NCBI GenBank assembly: GCA_949283375.1 | Contig: CASDSM010000012.1 | Location: 44,827-108,826, forward strand | DNA length: 64,000 bases | Reading direction: 5' to 3' | DNA from: an uncultured Eubacteriales bacterium | GTDB lineage: Bacteria; Bacillota; Clostridia; Oscillospirales; Oscillospiraceae | Shown: positions 18,542-27,503 of the stretch, piece by piece | How positions within the stretch are numbered: the stretch's first letter is position 1 | Layout: each line of letters begins with the position of its first letter | Notes under the pieces: generated by a model | What the model was told of the DNA's origin: nothing | Seen by the model: the letters and a program-made list of their open reading frames with translations, nothing else | Database searches by the model: none | Made by a program: the position numbers and the translations under genes

Positions 18542-19855
18542 ATGGGGAGAAAAACAATGATTTTGCTGCTCTGCCTGGCCCTTCTCCTCTCTGCCTGCGG
18601 CGGGACGGGAAAGCTGGCTGAGCCGGGCGGCAACGCCGAAATGGACGGATCCGCCCGGGCGGATGACACATCTGAGAGCGGCCAAACCGGCTCCACCGAC
18701 CTGCTCGCCGGGCGGGAAGAGGGGCCTTCCGCTCCGGCGGAGCCCTCCTCGGAGGAGGCGCTCGACGCGCTCGCTCAGTTCTCAGTCGCTCTGTTCCAGA
18801 ACAGCGGCGCGGGGGAGCGCGGGACCTTGCTCTCGCCCACCTCCGTCCTCTTTGCCCTCGGCATGACCGCCAACGGCGCGCGGGGGGAGACGCTGGCACA
18901 GTTTGAGGACGCCTTCGGCCTGACGGTGGACGAGCTGAACGACGCCCTCGCTGCCTGGGATGCGGCGCTTCCGGACGATGAGAGCTGCCGGGTCCACCTC
19001 GCGAGCGCCCTCTGGCTGCGGGACACGGAGGACCTCGTGGTTGAGGAGGCATTTCTGGACGCCGTGGCGCGCGATTGCCGGGCGGAGGTCCGTCAAGCCC
19101 CTTTCGATGCGGGCACCCGGGAGGAGATCAACGCCTGGGTGTCGGACGAGACGAAGGGGATGATCGACTCGATCCTGGACGAGATCCCGCAGAGCGCGAT
19201 GCTCTATCTGGTGAACGCCCTGGCCTTCGAGGCGCAGTGGAGCGAGATCTATACGACCGATCAGGTCCATTCCGGCACGTTTACCGCCTGGAATGGGGAG
19301 GAACAGGCGGCGGAGCTGATGTACAGCACGGAGTACGCCTACCTGACGGACGGCAGCGCCACCGGGTTTCTGAAATACTACGACGGCGGTCGGTACGCCT
19401 TTGCGGCTCTCCTGCCGGAGGAGGGGACCTCTCTGGAGGCGTATGTGAGCGGCCTGACCGGCGGGCGCCTGCGCGAGACGCTGGCCGGGGCGCTGGCGGA
19501 GCCGGTGGTCGCGGGGATTCCAAAGTTTGAGGCGGAGACCTCCCTCGACCTCGTGGACACCCTGCGCGCGATGGGGGTCACGGACGCCTTCGATCCCGCC
19601 TGCGCGGACCTCTCTGCGATGGGGCACACGGAATCCTCCGGTGCCCTTGCGATCAGCCGCGTGCTGCACAGGACCTATCTTGCGGTTGACGAACAGGGGA
19701 CCCGTGCCGGCGCCGCCACGGCGGTAGAGGCGAGAGCTGGAGGGGCCATGCTGGAGCCACATACCGTCACGCTGGACCGCCCCTTCCTCTATCTCCTGGT
19801 GGACGCCGAGACCGGCCTGCCCCTCTTCATCGGCACGGTGACAAGCCTGAATTGA
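18542..19855 (+). CDS. Serpin lipoprotein
   Basis: LSAC lipobox; SP.S...AL.M...GA.G.T, INAWV...T.G.I, LVNA..F...W, hinge EQGTRAGAAT, DRPFLY. Confidence 0.92.
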   Translation: MGRKTMILLLCLALLLSACGGTGKLAEPGGNAEMDGSARADDTSESGQTGSTDLLAGREEGPSAPAEPSSEEALDALAQFSVALFQNSGAGERGTLLSPTSVLFALGMTANGARGETLAQFEDAFGLTVDELNDALAAWDAALPDDESCRVHLASALWLRDTEDLVVEEAFLDAVARDCRAEVRQAPFDAGTREEINAWVSDETKGMIDSILDEIPQSAMLYLVNALAFEAQWSEIYTTDQVHSGTFTAWNGEEQAAELMYSTEYAYLTDGSATGFLKYYDGGRYAFAALLPEEGTSLEAYVSGLTGGRLRETLAGALAEPVVAGIPKFEAETSLDLVDTLRAMGVTDAFDPACADLSAMGHTESSGALAISRVLHRTYLAVDEQGTRAGAATAVEARAGGAMLEPHTVTLDRPFLYLLVDAETGLPLFIGTVTSLN

Positions 19856-19870
19856 AAACAAAGCAAAAAC

Positions 19871-19900
19871 AAGCGCCTGGCAGAGATGCCGGGCGCTTTT
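19871..19900 (+). terminator. Bidirectional terminator between serpin and rsmA
   Basis: AAGCGCCTGGCA-GAGA-TGCCGGGCGCTTTT with A-tract upstream. Confidence 0.75.
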
Positions 19901-19911
19901 GAAGCAGGCCT

Positions 19912-20781
19912 TTATTTCTCGTGTAAAAGACTGTAAAGGGAATCTGCCAGACAGGCGAACTCTGGCAGCCCCAGCTGCTCCCCCCGGACGGAGTCGGGGA
20001 AGCCGCAGCCTGCGATCGCGTCCGCCAGTGCCTCCCGGGAGAGCTGACTGCCGAAGGCGGCGGTCAGACCATTGAGCAGCTTCTTGCGCCGCTGGGCGAA
20101 GGAGGCGCGGATGACGCGAAAGAGCAGCTCCTCGTCCCTTGTCTCCACCGGCGGCACGTCCAGCGTCTCCATATGCAGCACAGCGGAGGTCACCTTGGGC
20201 GCGGGGAGAAAACACTCCGGCGGCACCTCGAAGGCGACCTCGCACCGGGCGTGATACTGGCAGAAGAGGGAGAAGGCCCCGTAGTCCGCCGTCCCCGGGC
20301 GGGCGCAGATGCGCCGGGCGACCTCCCGCTGGATGAGCACCGTGACCGACCAGAACAGCCCACTCTCCAGCAGGGCGGTGAGGACGGGGGTGGTGATGTT
20401 GTACGGCAGGTTTGCGCAGACAATAGGTGTAAAGCCACTCAGCTTTTCAGAGACCAGCGCCCGCAGGTCCAGCTTCAGAATGTCCCCCGGCACGATCTCA
20501 ACGTTGGGATAGGGGGCCATCGTCTCGGCCAGCACCGGGAGCAGGGCGCGGTCCAGCTCGACAGAGACCACCCTGCCTGCCCGCTGGGCGAGCTGAGCGG
20601 TGAGTGGGCCAATGCCAGGGCCGATCTCCAGCACGCCACAGCCGCCGTCCGCGCCGGAGATGGCAGCGATTTCCTGGGGAATGGCGGGGACGATCAGAAA
20701 ATTCTGCCCCATCGACTTGGAGAAGCGAAAGCCGTGACGGGCCAGCAGGGCCCTGATTTGCCGTTCATTGCACAGATCCAT
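19912..20781 (-). CDS. rsmA: 16S rRNA dimethyladenosine transferase
   Basis: K..GQNFL, LEIGPG.G.LT, ELD, GD.L, ANLPYNITT, F.P.PKV.S, F.QRRK.L.N. Confidence 0.97.
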   Translation of the reverse strand: MDLCNERQIRALLARHGFRFSKSMGQNFLIVPAIPQEIAAISGADGGCGVLEIGPGIGPLTAQLAQRAGRVVSVELDRALLPVLAETMAPYPNVEIVPGDILKLDLRALVSEKLSGFTPIVCANLPYNITTPVLTALLESGLFWSVTVLIQREVARRICARPGTADYGAFSLFCQYHARCEVAFEVPPECFLPAPKVTSAVLHMETLDVPPVETRDEELLFRVIRASFAQRRKKLLNGLTAAFGSQLSREALADAIAGCGFPDSVRGEQLGLPEFACLADSLYSLLHEK

Positions 20782-20848
20782 CGGATGAACCTCCTGTATC
20801 GGATAAAGAGAGCATACCAGAGAAACGCGAAAAAGGGAAGTGCAGACG

Positions 20849-20886
20849 AAAATCCGGACAGCCCAGCTTGGGGTTGTCCGGATTTT
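20849..20886 (-). terminator. Stem-loop between G5/3D gene and rsmA
   Basis: AAAATCCGGACAGCCC...GGGTTGTCCGGATTTT. Confidence 0.6.
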
Positions 20887-20907
20887 GTACTGTGTCAAAC
20901 GGGAAGA

Positions 20908-22008
20908 TCAGGCGTCCACCTCGCCGGTGATGCCGGTGATCATGTAGGCGACCACGTCGCGGCGGCCAAAGTTGATGCAGTTGGAACGGGAGGTCATGTA
21001 GAGGTCCACGTCCCAGTTGTCGATCGCGCCGCCGCAGTCACCGGCAACCGCGATGCCGTAGACGAAGCTGCCGTCGGCGGACATGATGAACATCTCGGTG
21101 CCGTAGGGGATGTAGTCCGGGTCCACTGCGACCACGCCCACGCGGGCCAGACGGCCAGTAGAGCAAATCGCGCCGGCGCGCGCGGTGTAGGCGGTGGCCT
21201 CCAGCGTCACCGTGCCGGAGAAGGTGTAGGTATCGCCTCTGGAGGTGGTGAAGGTGCCCGCCTCGTCGTCGATGTTGGTGATGTACTCGTTCGTCGTGCT
21301 GTAGCCGGTCGGGCGCTCGAAGTAGACCTTCGTGCCGTAGGAGACGACCTCGTCCACCGGGTCGATGGTGGTCTCGCTGAAGACCTCCTCGACGGGCTCG
21401 CTGCCCTCTACCTCAATGGTGCGGTAGGTGATATTGTGGCTGCCCTCCACGCCCTCCTGGGTGACCGCCTCTTCGCCGCGGTCCATTTCGGGGTCGGCGG
21501 TGCGGACGGAGGAGTAGGGGAGGGGAGTGCTCTCAGTGCGGTAAGTGATGGTGGCGCGGTGAATTTCAATGATGGAGCCGGCCTCGGGGACCTCAGAAGG
21601 GTCCATGGAGATCTGGTCAAATTCGCCCAGCGTGATATTCATCCGCTCGAGCACGTCGGCCACGGTGTCGTCCGTGTTGGCGAGCATCGAGGTGCTCACA
21701 TCATCGCAGACGACGGTGACGTACTGTCTGCGCGTGATGGACACGCTGACCACATCCTCGCCCTCGTTGGCGTGGATCAGGTCAATGTCGGAGTAGTCAA
21801 CGCCCGCCTCATCGAGCGCGCCGTTGACGTCGCCGCTGCTCGACTCTACGCGATAGGTGTTCTCTCCGTCGTGGATCTCATAGACAACAGCCGCGGTGGC
21901 GGGCAGATAGAAGAGCATTGCAAGCGCCAGGCAGGTGGCGGTAAAGACAGTGCCTCTCCAGAGAGGTCTGGAGAACAGTGAACATAACAGGCCCTTGCGT
22001 TGAGACAT
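20908..22008 (-). CDS. YabE-like cell-wall protein (DUF348, G5 and 3D domains)
   Basis: N-terminal TM/signal; TV.DVL.....ITL...D; G5 segment; 3D motifs EATAYT, VAVDP..IP.GT, A.DCGGAI....VDLY; RBS AAGGAGGT. Confidence 0.88.
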   Translation of the reverse strand: MSQRKGLLCSLFSRPLWRGTVFTATCLALAMLFYLPATAAVVYEIHDGENTYRVESSSGDVNGALDEAGVDYSDIDLIHANEGEDVVSVSITRRQYVTVVCDDVSTSMLANTDDTVADVLERMNITLGEFDQISMDPSEVPEAGSIIEIHRATITYRTESTPLPYSSVRTADPEMDRGEEAVTQEGVEGSHNITYRTIEVEGSEPVEEVFSETTIDPVDEVVSYGTKVYFERPTGYSTTNEYITNIDDEAGTFTTSRGDTYTFSGTVTLEATAYTARAGAICSTGRLARVGVVAVDPDYIPYGTEMFIMSADGSFVYGIAVAGDCGGAIDNWDVDLYMTSRSNCINFGRRDVVAYMITGITGEVDA

Positions 22009-22096
22009 AATTACCTCCTTGCTGCGTTGTGCCCGGGAGGTGACCGGGCGTTTGGCTTGGGGTTGTAATTTTTGTAACCTCGTTTGACTACGGATA

Positions 22097-22125
22097 GTAT
22101 ACACTCCGCAAAGGCTTTTGTCAAG
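22097..22125 (-). promoter_or_regulatory. sigmaA promoter of G5/3D gene
   Basis: minus strand TTGACA-17 nt-TATACT. Confidence 0.75.
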
Positions 22126-22298
22126 AAAAAGTTTTCATTTCAACCCGTGGAGGGGAAAGGGAAGACAAATGGCACAAGATATAGAACGAAGAGTGTAGAA
22201 GCAGCACGAAATGAGGGGGCGAGACGTAACAAATGGTAACAAAAATGACGAAACGCAGGGACGCCAAAAGCCGCTGGCGCAGCCCCTGCGAAAATTCG

Positions 22299-23702
22299 TC
22301 AAAATGCCCAAACTGCTGCAAGCGTCGAAAAAGCGTCCTGCAAGTCGGATGCTGTCAGCTTGCCGTACCCCATCACAAAGGCGGCCGCCCCCGGCCTGGG
22401 TTCACATAAATAGTAGGCGTCCAGCGGATAGAGCTTCACCCCGGCCCCTGCGGCCCGGCGGGTCAGCTCCTCCTGGGAGAGGGGGCTGCGCACCGTCATG
22501 AGCAGGTGCAGTCCGCTCTCGCCGCCGGAGAAGAAGCAGAACCGGTCCAGGCCGGTCTGCGCGAGGGCTGAGCGCATGGCGTCCAGCCGCTGCTGATAGC
22601 GGTTGCGGGTGCGGGCGATGTGCCGCTCCATGTGTCCGCGCTCCATGAACAGCGCGAGGGTGTACTGCTCAAAGGAGGGGACGGTGGAGGAGTAAAACAG
22701 CAGCTCCCGCCGGTAGCGCTCCAGCAGCTCCGGCGGCAGGACCATGTAGCCGATGCGCAGGGAGGGGGCGAGGCTCTTGGCGAAGGTGTTCAGGTAGATC
22801 ACCTTCCCCCTGCGGTCCAGCCCCTGAAGCGCGGGGATGGGGCGGCCGGTGAAGCGGAACTCGCTGTCGTAGTCGTCCTCGATCAGATAGCGGTCCGGCC
22901 GCTCCCCCGCCCACTCCAGCAGCTCCCGCCGCCGTGAGACCGGCATGACGGTGCCGAGGGGGAAGTGGTGCGACGGGGTGATGTGCGCGATGCGTGCACC
23001 GCTCTCGCGCAGGCGGTCTGCCCGCAGGCCGCGCCCGTCCAGCGGGATGGGGAAGACCTCCGCCCCACTGGCGGCGAAGATACGCGCGATCTTGTGATAG
23101 CCCGGGTCCTCCAGCGCATAGCCCCCCTGCGGCCCGAGCAGCTGTACGAGCAGGGTGGAGAGGAACTCCGACCCCGCGCCGACGATCACCTGCTCCGGCG
23201 AGACGCGGATGCCGCGAAATTGATAGAGGTGGCGGACGATCGCCTCGCGCAGCTCGGGCACGCCCTGTGGATGGGCGGCGGAGAGCAGGGCCTGGTCCCG
23301 GCTGGAGAGCACCTCCCGGCTCAGCCTGGCCCAGGTGGCGAAGGGAAAGCTCTCTGCATCTGAGCCGGAGGTGGCGAAGTCGTAACGGCAGGAGACGCGC
23401 TCCTCCGCCAGATGGGGGATCTCCGGCGCGCCCTGCGCGGCGGGGGCGGACGGTTCCCAGCGGACCGGCAGGACGAAGTAGCCGCGCCGGTCCCGGCTCT
23501 CCAGATAGCCCTCCGCCACGAGCTGTCCATAGGCCCCCTCCACCGTCACCACGCTGAGCTGGAGCTCGCGGGCGAGCTGGCGCTTGGAGGGGAGCTTTTC
23601 CCCGGCGGCGAGACGGCCGGACTGGATCTCATCGCGGATATAGTGGTAGAGCTGCTGGTAGAGCGGGGCATGCCCGGCGGGGGAGAAGGCAAACGAGAGC
23701 AT
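22299..23702 (-). CDS. MocR/PdxR-type PLP-dependent GntR regulator
   Basis: PLYQQLY..I...I..G.L..G.KLPSKR wHTH; EDPGY, TPSHHFP.G, IEDDYDSEFR, NTFAKSLAPSLRIGY. Confidence 0.92.
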   Translation of the reverse strand: MLSFAFSPAGHAPLYQQLYHYIRDEIQSGRLAAGEKLPSKRQLARELQLSVVTVEGAYGQLVAEGYLESRDRRGYFVLPVRWEPSAPAAQGAPEIPHLAEERVSCRYDFATSGSDAESFPFATWARLSREVLSSRDQALLSAAHPQGVPELREAIVRHLYQFRGIRVSPEQVIVGAGSEFLSTLLVQLLGPQGGYALEDPGYHKIARIFAASGAEVFPIPLDGRGLRADRLRESGARIAHITPSHHFPLGTVMPVSRRRELLEWAGERPDRYLIEDDYDSEFRFTGRPIPALQGLDRRGKVIYLNTFAKSLAPSLRIGYMVLPPELLERYRRELLFYSSTVPSFEQYTLALFMERGHMERHIARTRNRYQQRLDAMRSALAQTGLDRFCFFSGGESGLHLLMTVRSPLSQEELTRRAAGAGVKLYPLDAYYLCEPRPGAAAFVMGYGKLTASDLQDAFSTLAAVWAF

Positions 23703-23760
23703 GAGCGCACCTCCTGACCTGATTGGTTGACCGGTAAAGCGCGGATAAAATGCGGTCAGT

Positions 23761-23789
23761 ATCATAGAACATCTGTGCGGGTTTGTCAA
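23761..23789 (-). promoter_or_regulatory. sigmaA promoter of MocR regulator
   Basis: minus strand TTGACA-17 nt-TATGAT. Confidence 0.75.
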
Positions 23790-23793
23790 GGGC

Positions 23794-23822
23794 TCATATT
23801 CAGCCCGCGCGCGGCATAGACT
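23794..23822 (+). promoter_or_regulatory. sigmaE promoter of spoIIIA operon
   Basis: TCATATT-14 nt-CATAGACT matches the mother-cell sigmaE consensus. Confidence 0.8.
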
Positions 23823-23887
23823 GGAGCGAACATGAGACAGGCCTGCGCAGCGGCCGCTACGCAGGCCGGAGAGGAGGGTGAGGGGAG

Positions 23888-24805
23888 ATGGAGCGCGATA
23901 TGGTCAGACGGCGCGCCGTCTGCGAGGCGGCGCAGGTGCTGCCGCGCGGCCTGCGGACCGCAGTGCTCTCTCAGGACCCCCAGCGGCAGGCGTGCTGGGA
24001 GGAGCTCCGCCTGCGTGCGGGCCGCGGCCTGTTCGCCGTGGACAGCGCCGGGCGGGAGGCTCCCCTGACCGCCGGGGGCCGGCCCTGCCCGGTCACGGCG
24101 GAGGACCTGCGCCAGACGGTGGAGATCGCCACGCGCGCCTCGATGCAGGGGGCGGCGGAGCAGCTCGCGGCGGGCTTTCTCCCTCTGCCGGGCGGCCACC
24201 GCCTCGGCCTGTGCGGCTCGGCTGCGCTGCGGGAGGGGCGGGTGCTCGCGGTGCGGACGATCTCATCTCTCAATCTGCGCATCGCCTGTCCGGTCACCGG
24301 GGCGGGGGCGGAGGTGCTGCCCGCCCTGATGGAGCGGGGCAGGTTCCAGAGCTCCCTGATTCTCGCCCCGCCGGGGGAGGGGAAGACCACGCTGCTGCGC
24401 GACCTCATCCGCCTGCTCGGCGAGGCGGGCATCCGCACCGGCCTGGCCGACGAGCGCGGGGAGGTGGCCGCTCTGCGCGGCGGCGTGCCGCAGCTCGATG
24501 TCGGCCCGCTCTCTGACATCGCCGATGGCTGTCCGAAGGGGGAGGGGCTGATGCTCCTCCTGCGCGCGATGTCCCCGCAGGTCCTCGCGGCGGACGAGAT
24601 CACCTGCCCGGCGGACACCGAGGCCCTCTGTCAGGGGGCCAACTGCGGCGCGGCCCTCCTCGCCACGGCCCATGCCGCCGGGCGGGACGAGCTGGAGCGG
24701 CGGGCCGTCTACCAGCCGCTGCTGGCCGGGCGCGTCTTCCGCCGCCTGGTCACCATCCGCCGCGAGGGCGGGGCGCGGCGCTATCTGGTGGAGCGGCTGC
24801 CATGA
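23888..24805 (+). CDS. spoIIIAA: Stage III sporulation protein AA
   Basis: EELRLR, G...LPGGHR.G.CG, SLNLRIA, PPGEGKTTLLRD, DERGE.A, LRAMSP.V...DEI. Confidence 0.93.
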   Translation: MERDMVRRRAVCEAAQVLPRGLRTAVLSQDPQRQACWEELRLRAGRGLFAVDSAGREAPLTAGGRPCPVTAEDLRQTVEIATRASMQGAAEQLAAGFLPLPGGHRLGLCGSAALREGRVLAVRTISSLNLRIACPVTGAGAEVLPALMERGRFQSSLILAPPGEGKTTLLRDLIRLLGEAGIRTGLADERGEVAALRGGVPQLDVGPLSDIADGCPKGEGLMLLLRAMSPQVLAADEITCPADTEALCQGANCGAALLATAHAAGRDELERRAVYQPLLAGRVFRRLVTIRREGGARRYLVERLP

Positions 24806-25317
24806 CCCGCCTGATGGGCGCGCTGGCGGTCTGTGCCGCCTGCGGCTGGATGGGATGGAGCCGCCTGCGGTGGTATCAGGCGCGGTGCGCGGCGCTCTCT
24901 GCTCTCGCGCACGCGATGGACCGGATGGCGTCGGAGCTGAACGCCTGCCAGACGGACACCGCCGCCCTCCTCGCCCTTCTGGCGGAGGGGGAGGACTGCT
25001 GCGCGGCGCTGTTTGCCCGCTGCCTCGCCGGGCTGGACCGGTTGGACGAGCTCCCCTTCGACCGCCTCTGGGCGGAGGCGGTCCGCGCGGCGCAGCTTCC
25101 GCTGCGCGGGGAGGAGACCGGCCTGCTCCTGCGCGCGGGGGAGATTTTGGGCCGCTACGAGGGGCGGGAGCAGGCCCGTCTGCTGCACCATCTCCGCCGC
25201 GCCCTGGAGACGCGGCGGGACCTCGCACAGGAGGAGGCGCGGCGGTATGGCAGGCTCTCCCTCCTGCTGGGACTGAGCGCCGGGCTGATGCTCTCCCTGC
25301 TGCTGATGCCGTCGTGA
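24802..25317 (+). CDS. spoIIIAB: Stage III sporulation protein AB
   Basis: N-terminal TM, LGRY...EQ, C-terminal LG...G.ML..LL; operon position. Confidence 0.85.
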   Translation: MTRLMGALAVCAACGWMGWSRLRWYQARCAALSALAHAMDRMASELNACQTDTAALLALLAEGEDCCAALFARCLAGLDRLDELPFDRLWAEAVRAAQLPLRGEETGLLLRAGEILGRYEGREQARLLHHLRRALETRRDLAQEEARRYGRLSLLLGLSAGLMLSLLLMPS

Positions 25318-25355
25318 CCGCGTGCGGACGCGAAATCAATGAGGAGTACATAGGA

Positions 25356-25550
25356 ATGGATGTCGATCTGATCTTTCGCATTGCGGCGGTGGGGATTCTG
25401 GTCTCCGTGCTCAATCAGGTGCTCGCGCGCTCCGGGCGGGAGGAGCAGGCCACCATGGTCACGCTCGCCGGTCTGGTGGTGGTGCTTATGATGGTGGTCC
25501 AGCAGATCAGCGAGCTCTTCCAGCTGGTCGAGGACCTCTTTGACCTGTGA
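25356..25550 (+). CDS. spoIIIAC: Stage III sporulation protein AC
   Basis: MDVDLIFRIAAVGILVSVLNQVL..SGREEQA. Confidence 0.95.
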   Translation: MDVDLIFRIAAVGILVSVLNQVLARSGREEQATMVTLAGLVVVLMMVVQQISELFQLVEDLFDL

Positions 25551-25939
25551 TCGCCCCTCCGGTCTGGCAGCTGGCGGCAATCGCCGTGGCGGGCACGCTC
25601 TGCGCCATCACCCTCCGCCGCCAGACGCCGGAGCTCTCCCTCGTGCTGGCGGTCGTGACGGCGGGCCTGCTCCTGCTGCGCTGCGCCTCGGCGCTGCGGC
25701 AGCTGGTCGGGTTTCTCTCCTCGCTGGCGGACCTCGCCGGACTCACGGACGAGCTGCTCAGCCCTCTGGTCCGGACGGTGGGCATCGCTGTCCTGGTCCG
25801 TCTGGCCGCCCAGCTCTGCCGCGACGGGGGGATGTCCAGCGCCGCCGTGATGCTGGAGCTGGGCGGCGTGCTGGCCGCGCTGGCGGCGTCCGTCCCGCTG
25901 ATGCAGTCCGTCCTCGGTCTGCTGGAGGGCCTGCTGTGA
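25547..25939 (+). CDS. spoIIIAD: Stage III sporulation protein AD
   Basis: hydrophobic; LRRQTPE.S, GIA.L......LCRD.G; operon position. Confidence 0.9.
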   Translation: MIAPPVWQLAAIAVAGTLCAITLRRQTPELSLVLAVVTAGLLLLRCASALRQLVGFLSSLADLAGLTDELLSPLVRTVGIAVLVRLAAQLCRDGGMSSAAVMLELGGVLAALAASVPLMQSVLGLLEGLL

Positions 25940-27015
25940 GAGGGGGCGCGCTGCTCCTCCTCGCCTTGCTGCTGATGCTGTCGCCGGCGCAGGCGTGGGA
26001 GCAGGTCTGGGACAGCGTGGACACCTCCGCCCTGGAGGAGCAGGCGGAGGACGTGCTGGAGATCCCCCTCACGCCGGAGATCAGCCTGGAGACCGGTCTG
26101 GCGGAGGTCCTCTCCGGCGCGCTGGACCGCCTGCGGGAGATCGCCGCCGGAGCGACCCGGAGCGCGGGGCTGATCCTCCTCATCTCCCTCTTCTGCGCGC
26201 TGGCGCAGGCCCTCTGTCAGACCGCCGCCCCGCGTGCCGCGCAGCTGGTGCAGATGGCGGGGGCTCTGGCGGTGACCGCCGCCTCGGTGGCGGACGTCCG
26301 CTCCCTGATGGCGGTGGGGCAGGAGGCGGTGGTGGAGCTGTCCGCCTTTGCGCGCGTGCTCATCCCGGTGATGACCACGGCGGCGGCCGCGGGCGGTGCG
26401 GTGACCGGCGCGGCGGTGCGGCAGATGATCACCCTCTTTGCCGTGAACCTCCTGCTCTCGCTCATCCAGTCCGTGCTCGTTCCGATGGTCTACCTCTATG
26501 TCGCCGCCTCCACCGGCGCGGCGGCGGTGGAAAACGATGGACTGCGCGCCCTGGCAGCCTTTCTCCGGTGGGCGGTGCAGACCGCCCTCACCTGGGTCCT
26601 GCTGATCTTTACCGCCTACCTCAGCCTCAGCGGCGTCATCTCGGGCACGGCGGACCGGGCGGCGGTCAAGCTGGCGCGCTTTGCCATCTCCGGGCTGGTG
26701 CCGGTGGTGGGCGGCATCCTCTCTGACGCGACGGAGTCGGTGCTCGCTGGGGCCGCCATCCTGCGCGGGGCGATCGGCGTGTTCGGCACACTGGCGGTGC
26801 TCGCCTTCTGCCTCGTCCCATTCTTACAGCTGGGGGTGCAATATTTGCTGTATCGGATCTCGGCCATTCTCTCCGCCATCCTGGCGCAGGGGCGGCTGTC
26901 TGCGCTGATCGGCGACATCGCCGGGGCCTTCGGTCTGCTGCTCGGCATGGTGGGAGCCTGCGCGCTGCTGACGCTGGTCTCGGTGATCTCCACCGTAATG
27001 GTGGCGGCGGGATGA
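25936..27015 (+). CDS. spoIIIAE: Stage III sporulation protein AE
   Basis: polytopic membrane protein; IPVM, VPVVG..LSDA.E.V; GTG overlaps the AD stop. Confidence 0.88.
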   Translation: MRGGALLLLALLLMLSPAQAWEQVWDSVDTSALEEQAEDVLEIPLTPEISLETGLAEVLSGALDRLREIAAGATRSAGLILLISLFCALAQALCQTAAPRAAQLVQMAGALAVTAASVADVRSLMAVGQEAVVELSAFARVLIPVMTTAAAAGGAVTGAAVRQMITLFAVNLLLSLIQSVLVPMVYLYVAASTGAAAVENDGLRALAAFLRWAVQTALTWVLLIFTAYLSLSGVISGTADRAAVKLARFAISGLVPVVGGILSDATESVLAGAAILRGAIGVFGTLAVLAFCLVPFLQLGVQYLLYRISAILSAILAQGRLSALIGDIAGAFGLLLGMVGACALLTLVSVISTVMVAAG

Positions 27016-27503
27016 TGGAGGTGCTGCGCGGCTGGCTGCTGGGGGTGCTGGCGGCCTCCATGCTGGCATCGGCGGCCCTCGCGGTGATGCCGGAGGGGCC
27101 GGTCCGCTCGGTGGGGCGGCTGGTGTGCGGCCTGCTCCTCTTCCTCACGGTGGTCCGGCCGCTGTCCAGCTATGACGGCAGCGCTGCGCAGGCGTGGCTG
27201 GACGATGCCGCCGCCAGCCTGGAGGAGACGCAGCAGGCGCTCACCGGCACGCGCGGACAGCTCACGCAGTCCATCATAGACAGCGAACTGGACGCATATA
27301 TTCAGGACAAGACGGCCGGGCTGGGGCTGGACTGCCGGGTAGAGGTGCTCTGGGACGGCTCCGGCTCCGTACCCGTCCCGGCCGGCGCGGTGGTGACCGG
27401 CGCGCTGACCGGGCGCGAGCGCGAGCAGCTCACCGGAGTGCTCTCGGAGGACCTCGGCCTGCTGCCGGAACAGATCGTCTATCGGGGAGAGGAGGGGACA
27501 TGA
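27012..27503 (+). CDS. spoIIIAF: Stage III sporulation protein AF
   Basis: L.GW, MPEG....V.RLVCGL, V.RP; operon position. Confidence 0.8.
   Translation: MMEVLRGWLLGVLAASMLASAALAVMPEGPVRSVGRLVCGLLLFLTVVRPLSSYDGSAAQAWLDDAAASLEETQQALTGTRGQLTQSIIDSELDAYIQDKTAGLGLDCRVEVLWDGSGSVPVPAGAVVTGALTGREREQLTGVLSEDLGLLPEQIVYRGEEGT
27274..27302 (+). promoter_or_regulatory. Internal sigmaE promoter inside spoIIIAF
   Basis: TCATAGA-14 nt-CATATATT, an AT-rich patch within GC-rich coding sequence. Confidence 0.65.

Noticed and set aside
22247-22290. GGGACGCCAAAAGCC resembling a c-di-GMP-I riboswitch
   Set aside because: Folds as a single long hairpin followed by a T-tract on the minus strand; better explained as the MocR gene terminator.
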